DNA from: Ginkgo biloba | Taxonomy: Eukaryota > Plantae > Ginkgophyta | Length of the DNA: 22,151 nt | Reading direction: 5' to 3' | Assembly (NCBI GenBank): GCA_024626585.2 | Contig: JANKJI020000002.1 | Location: 31,642,430-31,664,580 of the forward strand | Shown: positions 10,513 through 21,739 of the stretch, piece by piece | How positions within the stretch are numbered: the first letter of the stretch is position 1 | Layout: every line of letters begins with the position of its first letter | The notes under the pieces: generated by a model | Databases searched by the model: none | Told to the model about the DNA's origin: nothing | The model's input: the letters and a program-made list of their open reading frames with translations, nothing else | Translations under genes and position numbers: made by a program

Positions 10513-11491
10513 GTAATTTATTTATTTTTTTGAATTTAATTAATGCATTTGACATGGTTTTGCTTCCTGCTACGGTAAAGGTTACTTNNNNNNNNNNNNN
10601 NNNNNNNNNNNNNNNNNNNNNNNNNNNNNNNNNNNNNNNNNNNNNNNNNNNNNNNNNNNNNNNNNNNNNNNNNNNNNNNNNNNNNNNNNNNNNNNNNNNN
10701 NNNNNNNNNNNNNNNNNNNNNNNNNNNNNNNNNNNNNNNNNNNNNNNNNNNNNNNNNNNNNNNNNNNNNNNNNNNNNNNNNNNNNNNNNNNNNNNNNNNN
10801 NNNNNNNNNNNNNNNNNNNNNNNNNNNNNNNNNNNNNNNNNNNNNNNNNNNNNNNNNNNNNNNNNNNNNNNNNNNNNNNNNNNNNNNNNNNNNNNNNNNN
10901 NNNNNNNNNNNNNNNNNNNNNNNNNNNNNNNNNNNNNNNNNNNNNNNNNNNNNNNNNNNNNNNNNNNNNNNNNNNNNNNNNNNNNNNNNNNNNNNNNNNN
11001 NNNNNNNNNNNNNNNNNNNNNNNNNNNNNNNNNNNNNNNNNNNNNNNNNNNNNNNNNNNNNNNNNNNNNNNNNNNNNNNNNNNNNNNNNNNNNNNNNNNN
11101 NNNNNNNNNNNNNNNNNNNNNNNNNNNNNNNNNNNNNNNNNNNNNNNNNNNNNNNNNNNNNNNNNNNNNNNNNNNNNNNNNNNNNNNNNNNNNNNNNNNN
11201 NNNNNNNNNNNNNNNNNNNNNNNNNNNNNNNNNNNNNNNNNNNNNNNNNNNNNNNNNNNNNNNNNNNNNNNNNNNNNNNNNNNNNNNNNNNNNNNNNNNN
11301 NNNNNNNNNNNNNNNNNNNNNNNNNNNNNNNNNNNNNNNNNNNNNNNNNNNNNNNNNNNNNNNNNNNNNNNNNNNNNNNNNNNNNNNNNNNNNNNNNNNN
11401 NNNNNNNNNNNNNNNNNNNNNNNNNNNNNNNNNNNNNNNNNNNNNNNNNNNNNNNNNNNNNNNNNNNNNNNNNNNNNNNNNNNNNNNNNNN

Positions 11492-12000
11492 CATGATTTC
11501 ACATACATGTGAAAATCCTCTAACTACCAAGAAGGTACATCAATAATCCTAATAGTTTCTAATTATCCCTCTTCAATTATTTACCCTTTTATTACATCAA
11601 CCATAGGCTTGTGATAAGAAATCAAAGACCTAGGAATGTTGTCTTCAATAACATTTTTTCTTACTAACTCCATTAATACATATTCTTATTGAATGATAAA
11701 ATCCTATTAGTATGCTATTTATATTGTCCTATAATTAATCCTCATACTATTACTATATACATTTATGTACAACTTCACACTTAAATCAAATTTTATACAA
11801 GCATGTTTTGGATACTAAGTCTTTTATTTAATCTTCCTCACATTCTCTAATCATATATGCAATCTTTTACCTAGATGGAATGTGTCCCATGAATAATCAT
11901 TGATAATATTTCCATAAATTATTTTATCCACTCTTATCATTTGAAAGACTATTCTAGACTTTCTATTGATAAATTTTCTTTGGTTTGCTTTCAATTTTGA
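11492..12000 (-). mobile_element. Decayed LINE (RTE-like) reverse transcriptase C-terminal fragment, antisense within the presumed intron
   Basis: Minus-strand pieces ESLE*SFK, NDYSWDTFHLGKRLHI*LENV, KTCLYKI, MYIVIV*G and TTFLGL fall in the order expected for LE-x-V-x-x-FKYLG..W..GK..LEN..LF..LYG..WG in this RT region. Heavily degenerate. Confidence 0.4.
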
Positions 12001-12180
12001 TTGTTTACATACATGCAAAAGTGAAAATCATAGGCATTCTGGGCCCTGTGCTTTTGCTAGCTCTCACTTCCTTAAGTAAGCCAGATGCTTTCTCCAAATC
12101 CATGCCAAATCCATTATTATGGGAGGGTTGCTAAAATTCAACCAAGGTAGGATGTAATGCTCTACTGATCTTTCTTGCAG

Positions 12181-12394
12181 TAGACATTGTTGATTGCAGT
12201 TAACGAAGGATAGGAAGTTTACTCACGTTTCTGATTGCAGGGAAGTAAGCATTTGTCAATTTTAATAAACAGTAGCGAAATTTGCTTATGTTTCTGTTGC
12301 TGTGCAACTTGTTTTACAGAGAAGATGCTTTTCAATTCTTCAGATATGGGAAAATCTATTGCTGAAGAGCATGGGAATGCTTCTTAACTGCTGA
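12181..12394 (+). other. Candidate downstream exons of the + strand gene (12181 or 12200 to 12244; 12320 onward)
   Basis: Acceptors ctgatctttcttgcag (12180) and gattgcag (12199); canonical U-rich 75-nt intron 12245-12319 (GTAAGC..TTTTACAG). The frame cannot be fixed because intervening exons may lie in the gap. Confidence 0.3.
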
Positions 12395-14708
12395 GACAAA
12401 AATTTAGACACTCAGTTAATTCCAGTGCTATCAAATTTTAAATTTCCAGGAGTTGACACTCTCTCCGTAAAAGATCAGTAAATTAATTGGTTGAATGTAC
12501 AAAATAGATTGGAACTGCAATGAATAATATTTAAGGCAACTTTTAAAGACACAAACAATTGTAGCTTTCATGTCACACTAAAGAGGCAAAATCCATGCAA
12601 AACAGAGTTGGAATGTGTTGTGGGGAAGTCCCTTGTTGTGGTGAGTGATCATCAAGTGTCTTTCAAATGATAGCCTCTTGACGAGGTTCATATGCAATGA
12701 ACCAGCCTCCTTGAGGGAGGAAATGTCCGGAAAAGTGTGAAACTGCCTTAGAGCACTGACTACAAGGCTGGCACATTTTTAAGGCAGCTAGAAAGGTCAG
12801 ATGCCAAGCAGGAAAGGTGCACTGAATTTGGGTAATAAGAGGCCTAAAAGCTGGTCATTTCATTATATTGGATTTAGATCTCTTTATCTTCTCTCCTAAG
12901 AGGAACCATGCACTTTCTGAGAGGTCCTGTCTCAAACAGGGGAAACATTGATCTTTCTGTCTTTTTTATATTCTGTACTTCATCTTTTTTTATTTACAAA
13001 TCTTCTTTCTCTGCTTATTAATAGAAAAATATCACTGTNNNNNNNNNNNNNNNNNNNNNNNNNNNNNNNNNNNNNNNNNNNNNNNNNNNNNNNNNNNNNN
13101 NNNNNNNNNNNNNNNNNNNNNNNNNNNNNNNNNNNNNNAAATATCACTGTTGTACTGCTATTATTCATAGCAACCCCCTTTAGGTTTACTGCATTGGGCA
13201 CTGGAGTCACCTTTCTGAGTTGCAGAAAGATGTCAGAACAGATTGAAGGCACCGTCGGGGCTTCATTCAATATACGTGGAAAAATAATTCACAAGGATTT
13301 ACAGTTGGAACACCTCTTCAATACATTTTACATAACAGGCTGCAGAATAGAACAAGGGGCATCATGGAGACCTATGATTTAAAAGACATGTCAGATATGC
13401 TCAACCGGAAATTTGATAAGTTAATTGTGACCTTGCACACGACCAAGGAGAAAATGCATTAGGTTCATTGACGAAAACTGCTGGAAGCATTACCATAACT
13501 CCAACACAACAGGTTATAGAAGCATGCATCTAAAAGGACATTAATGCATTACCTTTGGACCAGAAGAAGCATATAACTTTTCAAGTATGTGTTGATGTCC
13601 AGACAAAATTACAAGGGCAAATTGAACAAGGAAGATTTTGTGATAAGGGTGACCTACCAAAATTTCTTTACAAATCGGAAACTCTTTGATGCCCAGATCA
13701 NNNNNNNNNNNNNNNNNNNNNNNTTGACTACATGACTGAAATGTCAAAATGGACAAGATTTATTTTGTCACTTTAAAACTAAAAGAAACACCCTATGAAT
13801 GGTGGAAGTACTGGGAATGGGACTTCAACCAAAAGGGACGTCATCCTAACACGGGCACTGTTCATAGCAATTTCTTGGATAGGTTCGATAACATATGGAG
13901 CTATGATTATTTCTTGTGATTGTCAACAAGATAGTTCTGAAAAAGAATGCGCTAGGAAATTTATNNNNNNNNNNGAGCTTTACTACCAGATCTGGAATGT
14001 TCCTCCCCAGTTGCAGGATGACAAATAGAGATCTAGATGATCAAGGACTTACTGATCTATTAGTAGAGATCAAGCCAACAAAAATTATGAAGGTCAAGTT
14101 CAAGGCTCAAAACAACAAATATTTATTTTCCATGAAAAGAAATATCCGACCAGCAATCACAAGAGCACCAGACAAGAAGTTCAGGATCACAAAGAATCAT
14201 CAGTGTTATTTTACCATGATTTATAGTAATCCTGTTCAGGTTTATTCCATCATAATTCCACTCTACATCTTGGTTGAGCACAACAGAGATGCAGGCATGC
14301 TAGGTGTTAGTTATGATATGGCCTTGGTTTTTAGCCGTAGGGCTTTATTACAATGCAAANNNNNNNNNNNNNNNNNNNNNNNNNNNNNNNNNNNNNNNNN
14401 NNNNNNNNNNNNNNNNNNNNNNNNNNNNNNNNNNNNNNNNNNNNNNNNNNNNNNNNNNNNNNNNNNNNNNNNNNNNNNNNNNNNNNNNNNNNNNNNNNNN
14501 NNNNNNNNNNNNNNNNNNNNNNNNNNNNNNNNNNNNNNNNNNNNNNNNNNNNNNNNNNNNNNNNNNNNNNNNNNNNNNNNNNNNNNNNNNNNNNNNNNNN
14601 NNNNNNNNNNNNNNNNNNNNNNNNNNNNNNNNNNNNNNNNNNNNNNNNNNNNNNNNNNNNNNNNNNNNNNNNNNNNNNNNNNNNNNNNNNNNNNNNNNNN
14701 NNNNNNNA

Positions 14709-15300
14709 GCCTACTATCTACCTCACCAAAAATAATAAATGGCCACTTCTAGAGAATTCTAATAGTAAGAAAAGGTAAATTGCCTTTTATAAATAAGTGG
14801 AGAGGATCCTTATCACTTACTTTATGATGATTTAAGATTAATTTATACTTCATAAATCATTAAGAAAATTGTGTTTAATGTGTAGTATTTAATTATTCCT
14901 TTGAATTTCATTTCTTATAGTAGGATATAGATTAATCCCTATCATGATCTTATGGTTCATTTGGTAGAGAAGGTTTCTCGCCTCTCTCATTGTCTGGAGT
15001 TAATGATGCCATAGATTGATAGTTATATGATTATCATAAAAGGTAACTACCATTTTGGTATCATTATTATGTATGGTGAGAACACCAGAAGATTATTAGA
15101 AGACACCATGTGTGTCCTAGGGTGCAATGAAAAGAAGAGAAAGATTTGAAGATATTAGACCATAAAGGATAGAAGGGATGACCAAAATATTATTTTTGAA
15201 GAATATAAGCCTTAGAATATTCAAACTATATAATCAATATGGGATAAAATTAGAGGAAGTTAAATATTGTACCAAGAAATAATTATTAAATGATTTATTC
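14709..15300 (+). mobile_element. Possible old LTR 3' end, degenerate PBS and start of gag
   Basis: TATAAATA near 14787; CA (15051-15052) + TTT + TGGTATCA (15056-15063); then a purine-rich, stop-broken frame MVRTPEDY*K..MKRRERFED. Confidence 0.35.
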
Positions 15301-16204
15301 TTAGTTTGGAGAAATAACTAATAAACTCTCACCAAGGTTATAGATTGTATATTCATTAGTTAGTTAAAAATTACGTACCGATTGAATAAAGTGGGTGGAG
15401 CTAAGACACCCTCGAGACCCTGTTCTAGTCACACCTCTCTACATGGATGCATAAAAGCCCCAAGGGCAACAAACGAAACAAAGATATAGTGCCGCTATGG
15501 ATAAAGCATCAAGTGCAGGCATTGAACCACAAGTTAGTCCACTAGGGCAATAAAAGAGAAGGTGTCATCCTCCTCCTCCTTTTTATCACCCCATCCAAAG
15601 GGTTTACTAGATCGGTTCCTCATCACTAGGAGCTCGCACATAATTATCCTATTGCTTCTCGGGTGGTCCCCCATCCATCCTCAGTGTGAGGCACACCAAG
15701 TGAGAGGTAAGGGCCTTTGTCATTATCTACTAATAGATCGGCAAGTTAGCTATGGCCTTTCCTTTCTACCTCCTTGTCCAAGTTTGGAGACACTGCGATA
15801 ACAATGCATGGGGTATTGTTGTAGTGATTAGTCATCTCCATTGGATAGGAGAACTCTAGTTGGGCCTTCTTGGCCTGGTTCTAATTCTATAAAGCACAAT
15901 CAAAAGAATGATAGGGCAAGAGTGGTTACTGACCATGCAAGGCTTGTCTAGCTCAATTGTTTCTTGTTTTCCATATGAAAAAGAGTACTTGCTCTCTTAG
16001 TTCAGGCCAAGCATTATGAAAAGTACTACACTAGGGTCCACAATCAATAAACAAACAAGAAGACCAACTAAACTGATAACAAACAATTGGTTTTCTTAAG
16101 TGTTNNNNNNNNNNNNNNNNNNNNNNNNNNNNNNNNNNNNNNNNNNNNNNNNNNNNNNNNNNNNNNNNNNNNNNNNNNNNNNNNNNNNNNNNNNNNNNNN
16201 NNNN

Positions 16205-17270
16205 TCGATCATTTTCTACTTTTGACATTTTTTTTTGTAGATTCTGCCATATGTTTTTGAAATTCATCTACTCCCATGAATGTTTTGCTAAACATTAGGG
16301 CATTTTGGCCCATTGTTGTTTTCTAGTGTCTTTGAAATCTTACTTATGTTCCTTCTCCCAATGGCCCAGTCTGGCCCGATCTTCTCTCGTTTACTGATGC
16401 AACCTTCACGAGCTTGGCAAACGACACCGTTCAAACAATCTTTACAATTCAAATCTCCTGAAGTAGTTTCTCGTTCGGCTTCCACAGTCCGTGGTTTCGT
16501 TCAATCGTTCTTCACCCTAAACACAACTTCCCATGCTTTTCTCCTGCGACTATGGCAGGCGGCCTAGTCTTTTGTGACAAAGTTTCAAAACTTGATTTTA
16601 GACCCTTCCTCTACTGTGGCAAATGACCCATAAAAAAAATGATCGATGCTCAGATCTTCAATGTGCGACTATGCGATGGCGATTTTTTGTGCAACGACCT
16701 CTCCTCAGGGTTTTCGTCTCTGTTTTCTTAGTGCCTGAACGTTCTCTTTAAAAACTATGGATCGTTCAAATGTTTTGTGCTTGTGCCAATTGGCCTTCTT
16801 CTTCCACTGTGACTAAATTCCTTCCACACGGATTTTCCTCTACATTGTTTTCGAGCAGATTTCCTTCTCTCCATGGCACCTTTGTCTCGTTCTCTCCTGC
16901 ATTCTTCGACATTAGCTCTGTGCTTCACTGCAACGTGTGTTTCCTCCCATCTGGTTTTACAATCTTTGCCTTTCGCGTCCGGTTTTACAACATCTATCCT
17001 TCATCTTCTCAGTAAACTTGCTCTGATACCATGAAAAAATACACAACAAATCATAGAAATCTGAGAGAGAAGGAGAGATATACAAAAATGGAATACGATT
17101 TGATTCAATTCAATTCGACACACTACATTGAATGAATGGGACATATTTGAATGCCTCAAACAGTTTTCTTCGTACAACTTCCTACAAACTGTCCTAACTT
17201 CCTTAATTAGAAGAAGTGCTTATTATTCAAATTACATAACATTTAAAATAATTAAGTCCTAACTCTAACA
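16205..17270 (-). mobile_element. 5' end of a comparatively young LTR retrotransposon (short LTR, copia-like): LTR ~17032-17270, PBS and leader
   Basis: The minus strand reads TGTTAGAG..TTTTTCA directly followed by TGGTATCAGAGC. The internal region is rich in CpG. The outer LTR end could instead be 17286. Confidence 0.75.
17020..17031 (-). promoter_or_regulatory. Primer-binding site complementary to plant initiator tRNA-Met
   Basis: gctctgatacca on the + strand equals TGGTATCAGAGC, abutting the LTR-terminal CA. Confidence 0.9.
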
Positions 17271-17414
17271 ACTAGACTAACCTACATGTGATTGCTACAT
17301 AANNNNNNNNNNNNNNNNNNNNNNNNNNNNNNNNNNNNNNNNNNNNNNNNNNNNNNNNNNNNNNNNNNNNNNNNNNNNNNNNNNNNNNNNNNNNNNNNNN
17401 NNNNNNNNNNNNNN

Positions 17415-18417
17415 AACTTATCCCTTTTCAGAAACTCCAAGATAAGATTTACTTGTCTTTTTTGGTTTGTAATAATAGTTGCCCAAGACTCACCCGACAA
17501 TAGAGACTATGCTGACATGAGGTTTGAAATTTATACTTCATTGCTCCTATTATCTCACAAATTTGTCCATTCCTCATCAACTAATCATAGAATTAAAACA
17601 ACACAATGGGAGCATGTTTTTGGAAGTCATGAAAGCAAAGGACACTTTTTCCTTTACTACGATCTCTTGTTATAATCTAATCTCTTATTGATGATCTCAA
17701 ATTTGGACATGCCTTAGGGTTATTTTACTCGTCTTTAATTGAGAGGCATGAATATACCATGAGTTCATGTTATTCCATTGGCTTGGCACAACATGCCATA
17801 CATCCTTTCTTATAGAACATAAGTGGAGGATATATGGGTGGACAAGTTAGTCATTCTTGTCAATTAGCCTTGCACATGTTTGTGCTTGATTTGATGGAAG
17901 TCTATATTTGTCAACTCTCATGTGCACATGCTATATTAGTTTTGGGTGGAGAATTACTTGAAAAAATTGACATCATACATTGGAATGAAACATTTTTCAC
18001 CAACAACAAAAGATGAAGGGACCACCAATTCATTATCCTTGTTTGGACCTTCCTCGTTGTGATACTCAACTTTACAACTCCATAAATGGCAAGAACGAGT
18101 ATGAGCAAGAATATTGTGTAATGCATGTGCCTAGTCTCTCTAACATGCCATAATTTCTCACGTTTTTAGGCTCTATTGCATTATCACTTTTTGGGTTTCA
18201 TTGGTTAGGCTATTATGTATGAGGAATTTCTAGCATTATGAGCATCATTAGGACATCTTGTTAGTGTTCCCAAAGAATTTGCAGAGAGCCCCTTTCTAAA
18301 GTGGTTGTATGTACTATCATTGTACAAGTCATCTACAACCGATATGTTTAAACAACACCTTTGTTTGGTACATACGAATTGGGACATTATTGGACACATT
18401 TTGGACATATAGCCCCC
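17415..18417 (+). mobile_element. Decayed Mutator-like (MULE) transposase C-terminal part with a possible terminal repeat
   Basis: CLFWFV..IKTTQWEHVF, then ICQLSCAHAILVL (~17905-17944; SWIM-type PCxHAIAV), then CMCLVSLTCHN (~18122-18154; CxxCxxxGHN-like), in MuDR order. Repeated GGACA motifs ending in GCCCCC at 18381-18417 may be the TIR end. Confidence 0.45.
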
Positions 18418-18933
18418 ACGAGCAAAATAGTACANNNNNNNNNNNNNNNNNNNNNNNNNNNNNNNNNNNNNNNNNNNNNNNNNNNNNNNNNNNNNNNNNN
18501 NNNNNNNNNNNNNNNNNNNNNNNNNNNNNNNNNNNNNNNNNNNNNNNNNNNNNNNNNNNNNNNNNNNNNNNNNNNNNNNNNNNNNNNNNNNNNNNNNNNN
18601 NNNNNNNNNNNNNNNNNNNNNNNNNNNNNNNNNNNNNNNNNNNNNNNNNNNNNNNNNNNNNNNNNNNNNNNNNNNNNNGCCAAACATGTGTTTATCCCTT
18701 AAACTCCACTAATGAAGAGCTTGCCACCTTCTAATGAGGTCCAATTAGATTGAGGTGATTTAATTAGTTAATAATGACTCACAATTAGTTGGATATGGGA
18801 CTAACTTCTCAAATTTATTTTTGTTTTTTTTTTTTCTCTTCTAGAAATGGAGTGCATTGCTTATTCTTGTACAATTACAAAAATTCACCATCTAACAATG
18901 TGTTGTTAGATGGATAAGATATTTAAGGGTGCA

Positions 18934-19231
18934 CTTATAGGTGGAAGGGTCATTTTTACAAAAAATTAGGTATTTTGAGGGGTAGAAAAAGATAGTGAAT
19001 TGTAAATTAAATTTTCTAAAATACTTAGAGGCTTGAAAGAGTTAGAATATTAGACTGAAAGGATGTATAATTAGCAAGGACCTTCACAATAAAGAGTTAG
19101 CAATCTATTTTATTAATTTATAGGTAAATAATCACATGGAAGGTGTAATAAAGCACTATTATTAGATTTTTGACCTATTCTACCCCACTCATCTAGGTTG
19201 AGGGCATACAAATGACCTTTCATTACATAAG
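18934..19231. mobile_element. Degenerate MITE-like element with ~60-bp imperfect terminal inverted repeats
   Basis: cttat..ggtcattt..ggggtagaa (18934-18987) pairs with ttctacccc..aaatgacc..ataag (19178-19231) around an AT-rich interior. No clear TSD. Confidence 0.5.
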
Positions 19232-19346
19232 ATAGGCGTAAAAAACCCATTTTTACATTACATTTTGCTTCTTGATCAAGAGAAACTCATTGGGATGAAA
19301 TGATGTTATGAATTGTGAATAGAGATTTTATTCAAGAAGTTCTAAT

Positions 19347-19581
19347 GACCCTAATATTTTATGGTGGTATGGATTCATAAAGTGTTGAAGGATTTGACTA
19401 ATCAGGTGATCAACTTCCATATTGTATCTTCTTCATATGTGCTAGAGTCATATTACTAGGAATTTGACCATGAGGGCTCTTATTATGGATACATAAGTCT
19501 AGAGTTCAAATGGAAGATCTCCTATAACTAATTCAATTGATTCACAATTAATAGAGAGTCTATGTATAAGGTAATGTGAGA
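19347..19581 (+). mobile_element. Decayed hAT transposase C-terminal dimerisation domain
   Basis: DPNILWWYG / VLKDLTNQVINFHIVSSSYVLESYY*EF / EDLL..VYV*GNVR matches the P-xx-WW-xx-YG..L..A..SSS-x-CERNW..DLVYVxxNLR pattern. Confidence 0.5.
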
Positions 19582-20699
19582 GGGAAATAGATTTGAAGCA
19601 TATGTGAGAGCACTGGTGATTATAGTACATTCAATAATTTTGTTAGTTGTGTGAAGCAAAAAAGGATTTACATTAATCAAGTTATCCCCTAAATAAGTCT
19701 TGATAATACAAGATGGTGTTGAAGGTCCTTAGTTCATCTATTACCTTTGTCTATAAATATGATTACTAGTTGATGAAATTCTCATTAAGGCATATTTGAT
19801 AATATTCTTAAAGCATCCATAGAGGACCCATTTTTAATGTGGATGTACAAATGTTTCTTCCACAAGTCACCTATAGCAAATGTTTTCCAACGAAATTGTA
19901 GTCATGGTACTAGTACATTAGGGCATTGATCGATAGAGTTTAGACATGTGCACCCATAAGTAGTTCAAGGGCAACTTACAACACATTCCATATGAATCTA
20001 ACATACATGCCCAACCATTTCAGCGAATCAAAAGACAATTTCACAAGGTATTTTGAGAAGATCTTGGATTGCAATTGTACCCACGAAATCCAAGCAGATG
20101 GAAGAAGAGGCAAAATGAAGCACATCATGCCATCATATGACTCAAGGTTGAAGGATGGTAACCAAGGGAGATATGTAATGATCCCATTCCTTAATTTTAG
20201 TTAACTATCTATTTGCAATTAACAATATGGTCCATTCTTTAATCATAGTTAACAATGTTATTATTTAAGAGAAATAAGATTCCATTTGATCATGTGTCAC
20301 TTTTTACGCGACACTTGGCAAGATACAATTGGACATGAGATAGGTTTAGTACTATTTTTAGGTGGTAAATTGCTTTTCAAGGGTTTTTGTGAAAAAAAAT
20401 ACTCAACAACACCTATATATAAGATCACCTTTGGTTTTGGTTCATTGAGCTCCTTTATGGAGATCTGACATGCATTTGATTTGCCTATTATACTCTTAGA
20501 TTCATCTTGTATTGTCAAATTATTTTGTACTCTATCCTTGCGGTGCTATTATTATATTTTGTTGTGTATTATTGTGGTATTATGTTGTGTATATTGGACT
20601 ATGAATTCTTGTTGATTAATCCAATTATTAGCAAGGGTTTAAACGTTAGGACAGATCAATGGATCAAAGCTAAATACTAGGTCTACTAGAATTCATGTA

Positions 20700-21430
20700 T
20701 TAAGCCAAAATTTTGTTGAATATTGTGGTTGTGTAGATTTAGGGAAGAATTTTTAGAAACCCAGAGTTCATAACAAAAATTGTTGCCAAACATTTTGTCT
20801 ATGATGAAGTTTTTGATGATTTTGTAGTAGACAATTGGATTTTTGTAGGGGAAATGATTTTATGATATAAGGGTGCTTAATTTTTAACCTTATGGAAAAC
20901 TTTTAGAAAAAGGGGGTCATTTTGTTGATGTTATGTTGATAGTAATGGTGGAAATTGTATGAAGGTTGGAACTGGGGATTTATTAGAGGAGGATTTTCAT
21001 TTGTTGTTGGACCTTGCAACACACATGGCATGGTTTTATTGATGATGAGGCACTAATGAGCTCAAATAATGACAATATTGCTTTTCAATTCTTTTAACCT
21101 ATCAAATTTTATGATGAAAAGATTTTGAAAAGGTGGATTACGCACATGTGATTAATGGTACTAGTGACAAAGGCACACAAGTGATGATGCTTGTGCTCAA
21201 AACAAGTGTATTGAATGGATTGGTCTATGAGTTTAGTGGGTTTCTAGAAGAACAATATGGTACTACAATTGACTGTTTATTGTTGTCTATTTCGTGGGTC
21301 AATATTTGCTCAATTGTTGGCTTGAGAAAATGTTCTAGATCTTTCTAGATCATTGTGCTTTGCTCGTTGTGGACAAAGAGAATAAAAATAGGGATCATAC
21401 TCACAATCACTTGTAGGTTTCAAGAAGTTA
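20700..21430 (+). mobile_element. Decayed hAT transposase core (DUF659-type)
   Basis: LGKNF*KP; FNLMENFLEKGGHFVDV; DSNGGNCMKVG..LLEEDF; GPCNTHGMVLL; ISWVN; LLVVDKENK, in the order expected for IEEVG..VVQVITDNA-x-NC..AG..WTPCxxH-x-L-x-L..FW..LRLVD. Confidence 0.6.
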
Positions 21431-21739
21431 AAATTTTGGGGATGATTTCAAGCATCAACAAATGAGTGGACAAAGTAAAAGTATGTCTTATGTCACTTAA
21501 TGTGTACATCATGTGATCTAGTGAGTGCAATAATTTAATTATTATTTATGCATTGTGAAGGTGCTTTATTGGATCAAGGTTAGTAGTAGGGCATTTCTAA
21601 ATATTGTCAAATTATCATTGTCGGCTTAACTTTTTGACTAACTAGCATGTCGCCTTGCTTGAGATAAGATGACGCACAATGCATGTATGTGTTTTATTTT
21701 GCATAGGTTAGAGGAGGGTGTTTTTGGGTACCAACAAGA

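Noticed and set aside
10508-11546. Long ORFs of 308-340 aa in the ORF track (also 13916-14778 and 18205-18734)
   Set aside because: They are open only because they run through N gaps.
13795-14028. 77-aa + strand ORF with a hydrophobic stretch (MNGGSTGNG..)
   Set aside because: It crosses a gap, has no recognised homology, and alternative frames on both strands look equally protein-like.
16313-17015. + strand ORFs of 81-84 aa
   Set aside because: They are antisense to the purine-rich LTR element leader, and their Phe/Ser-rich composition follows from that skew.
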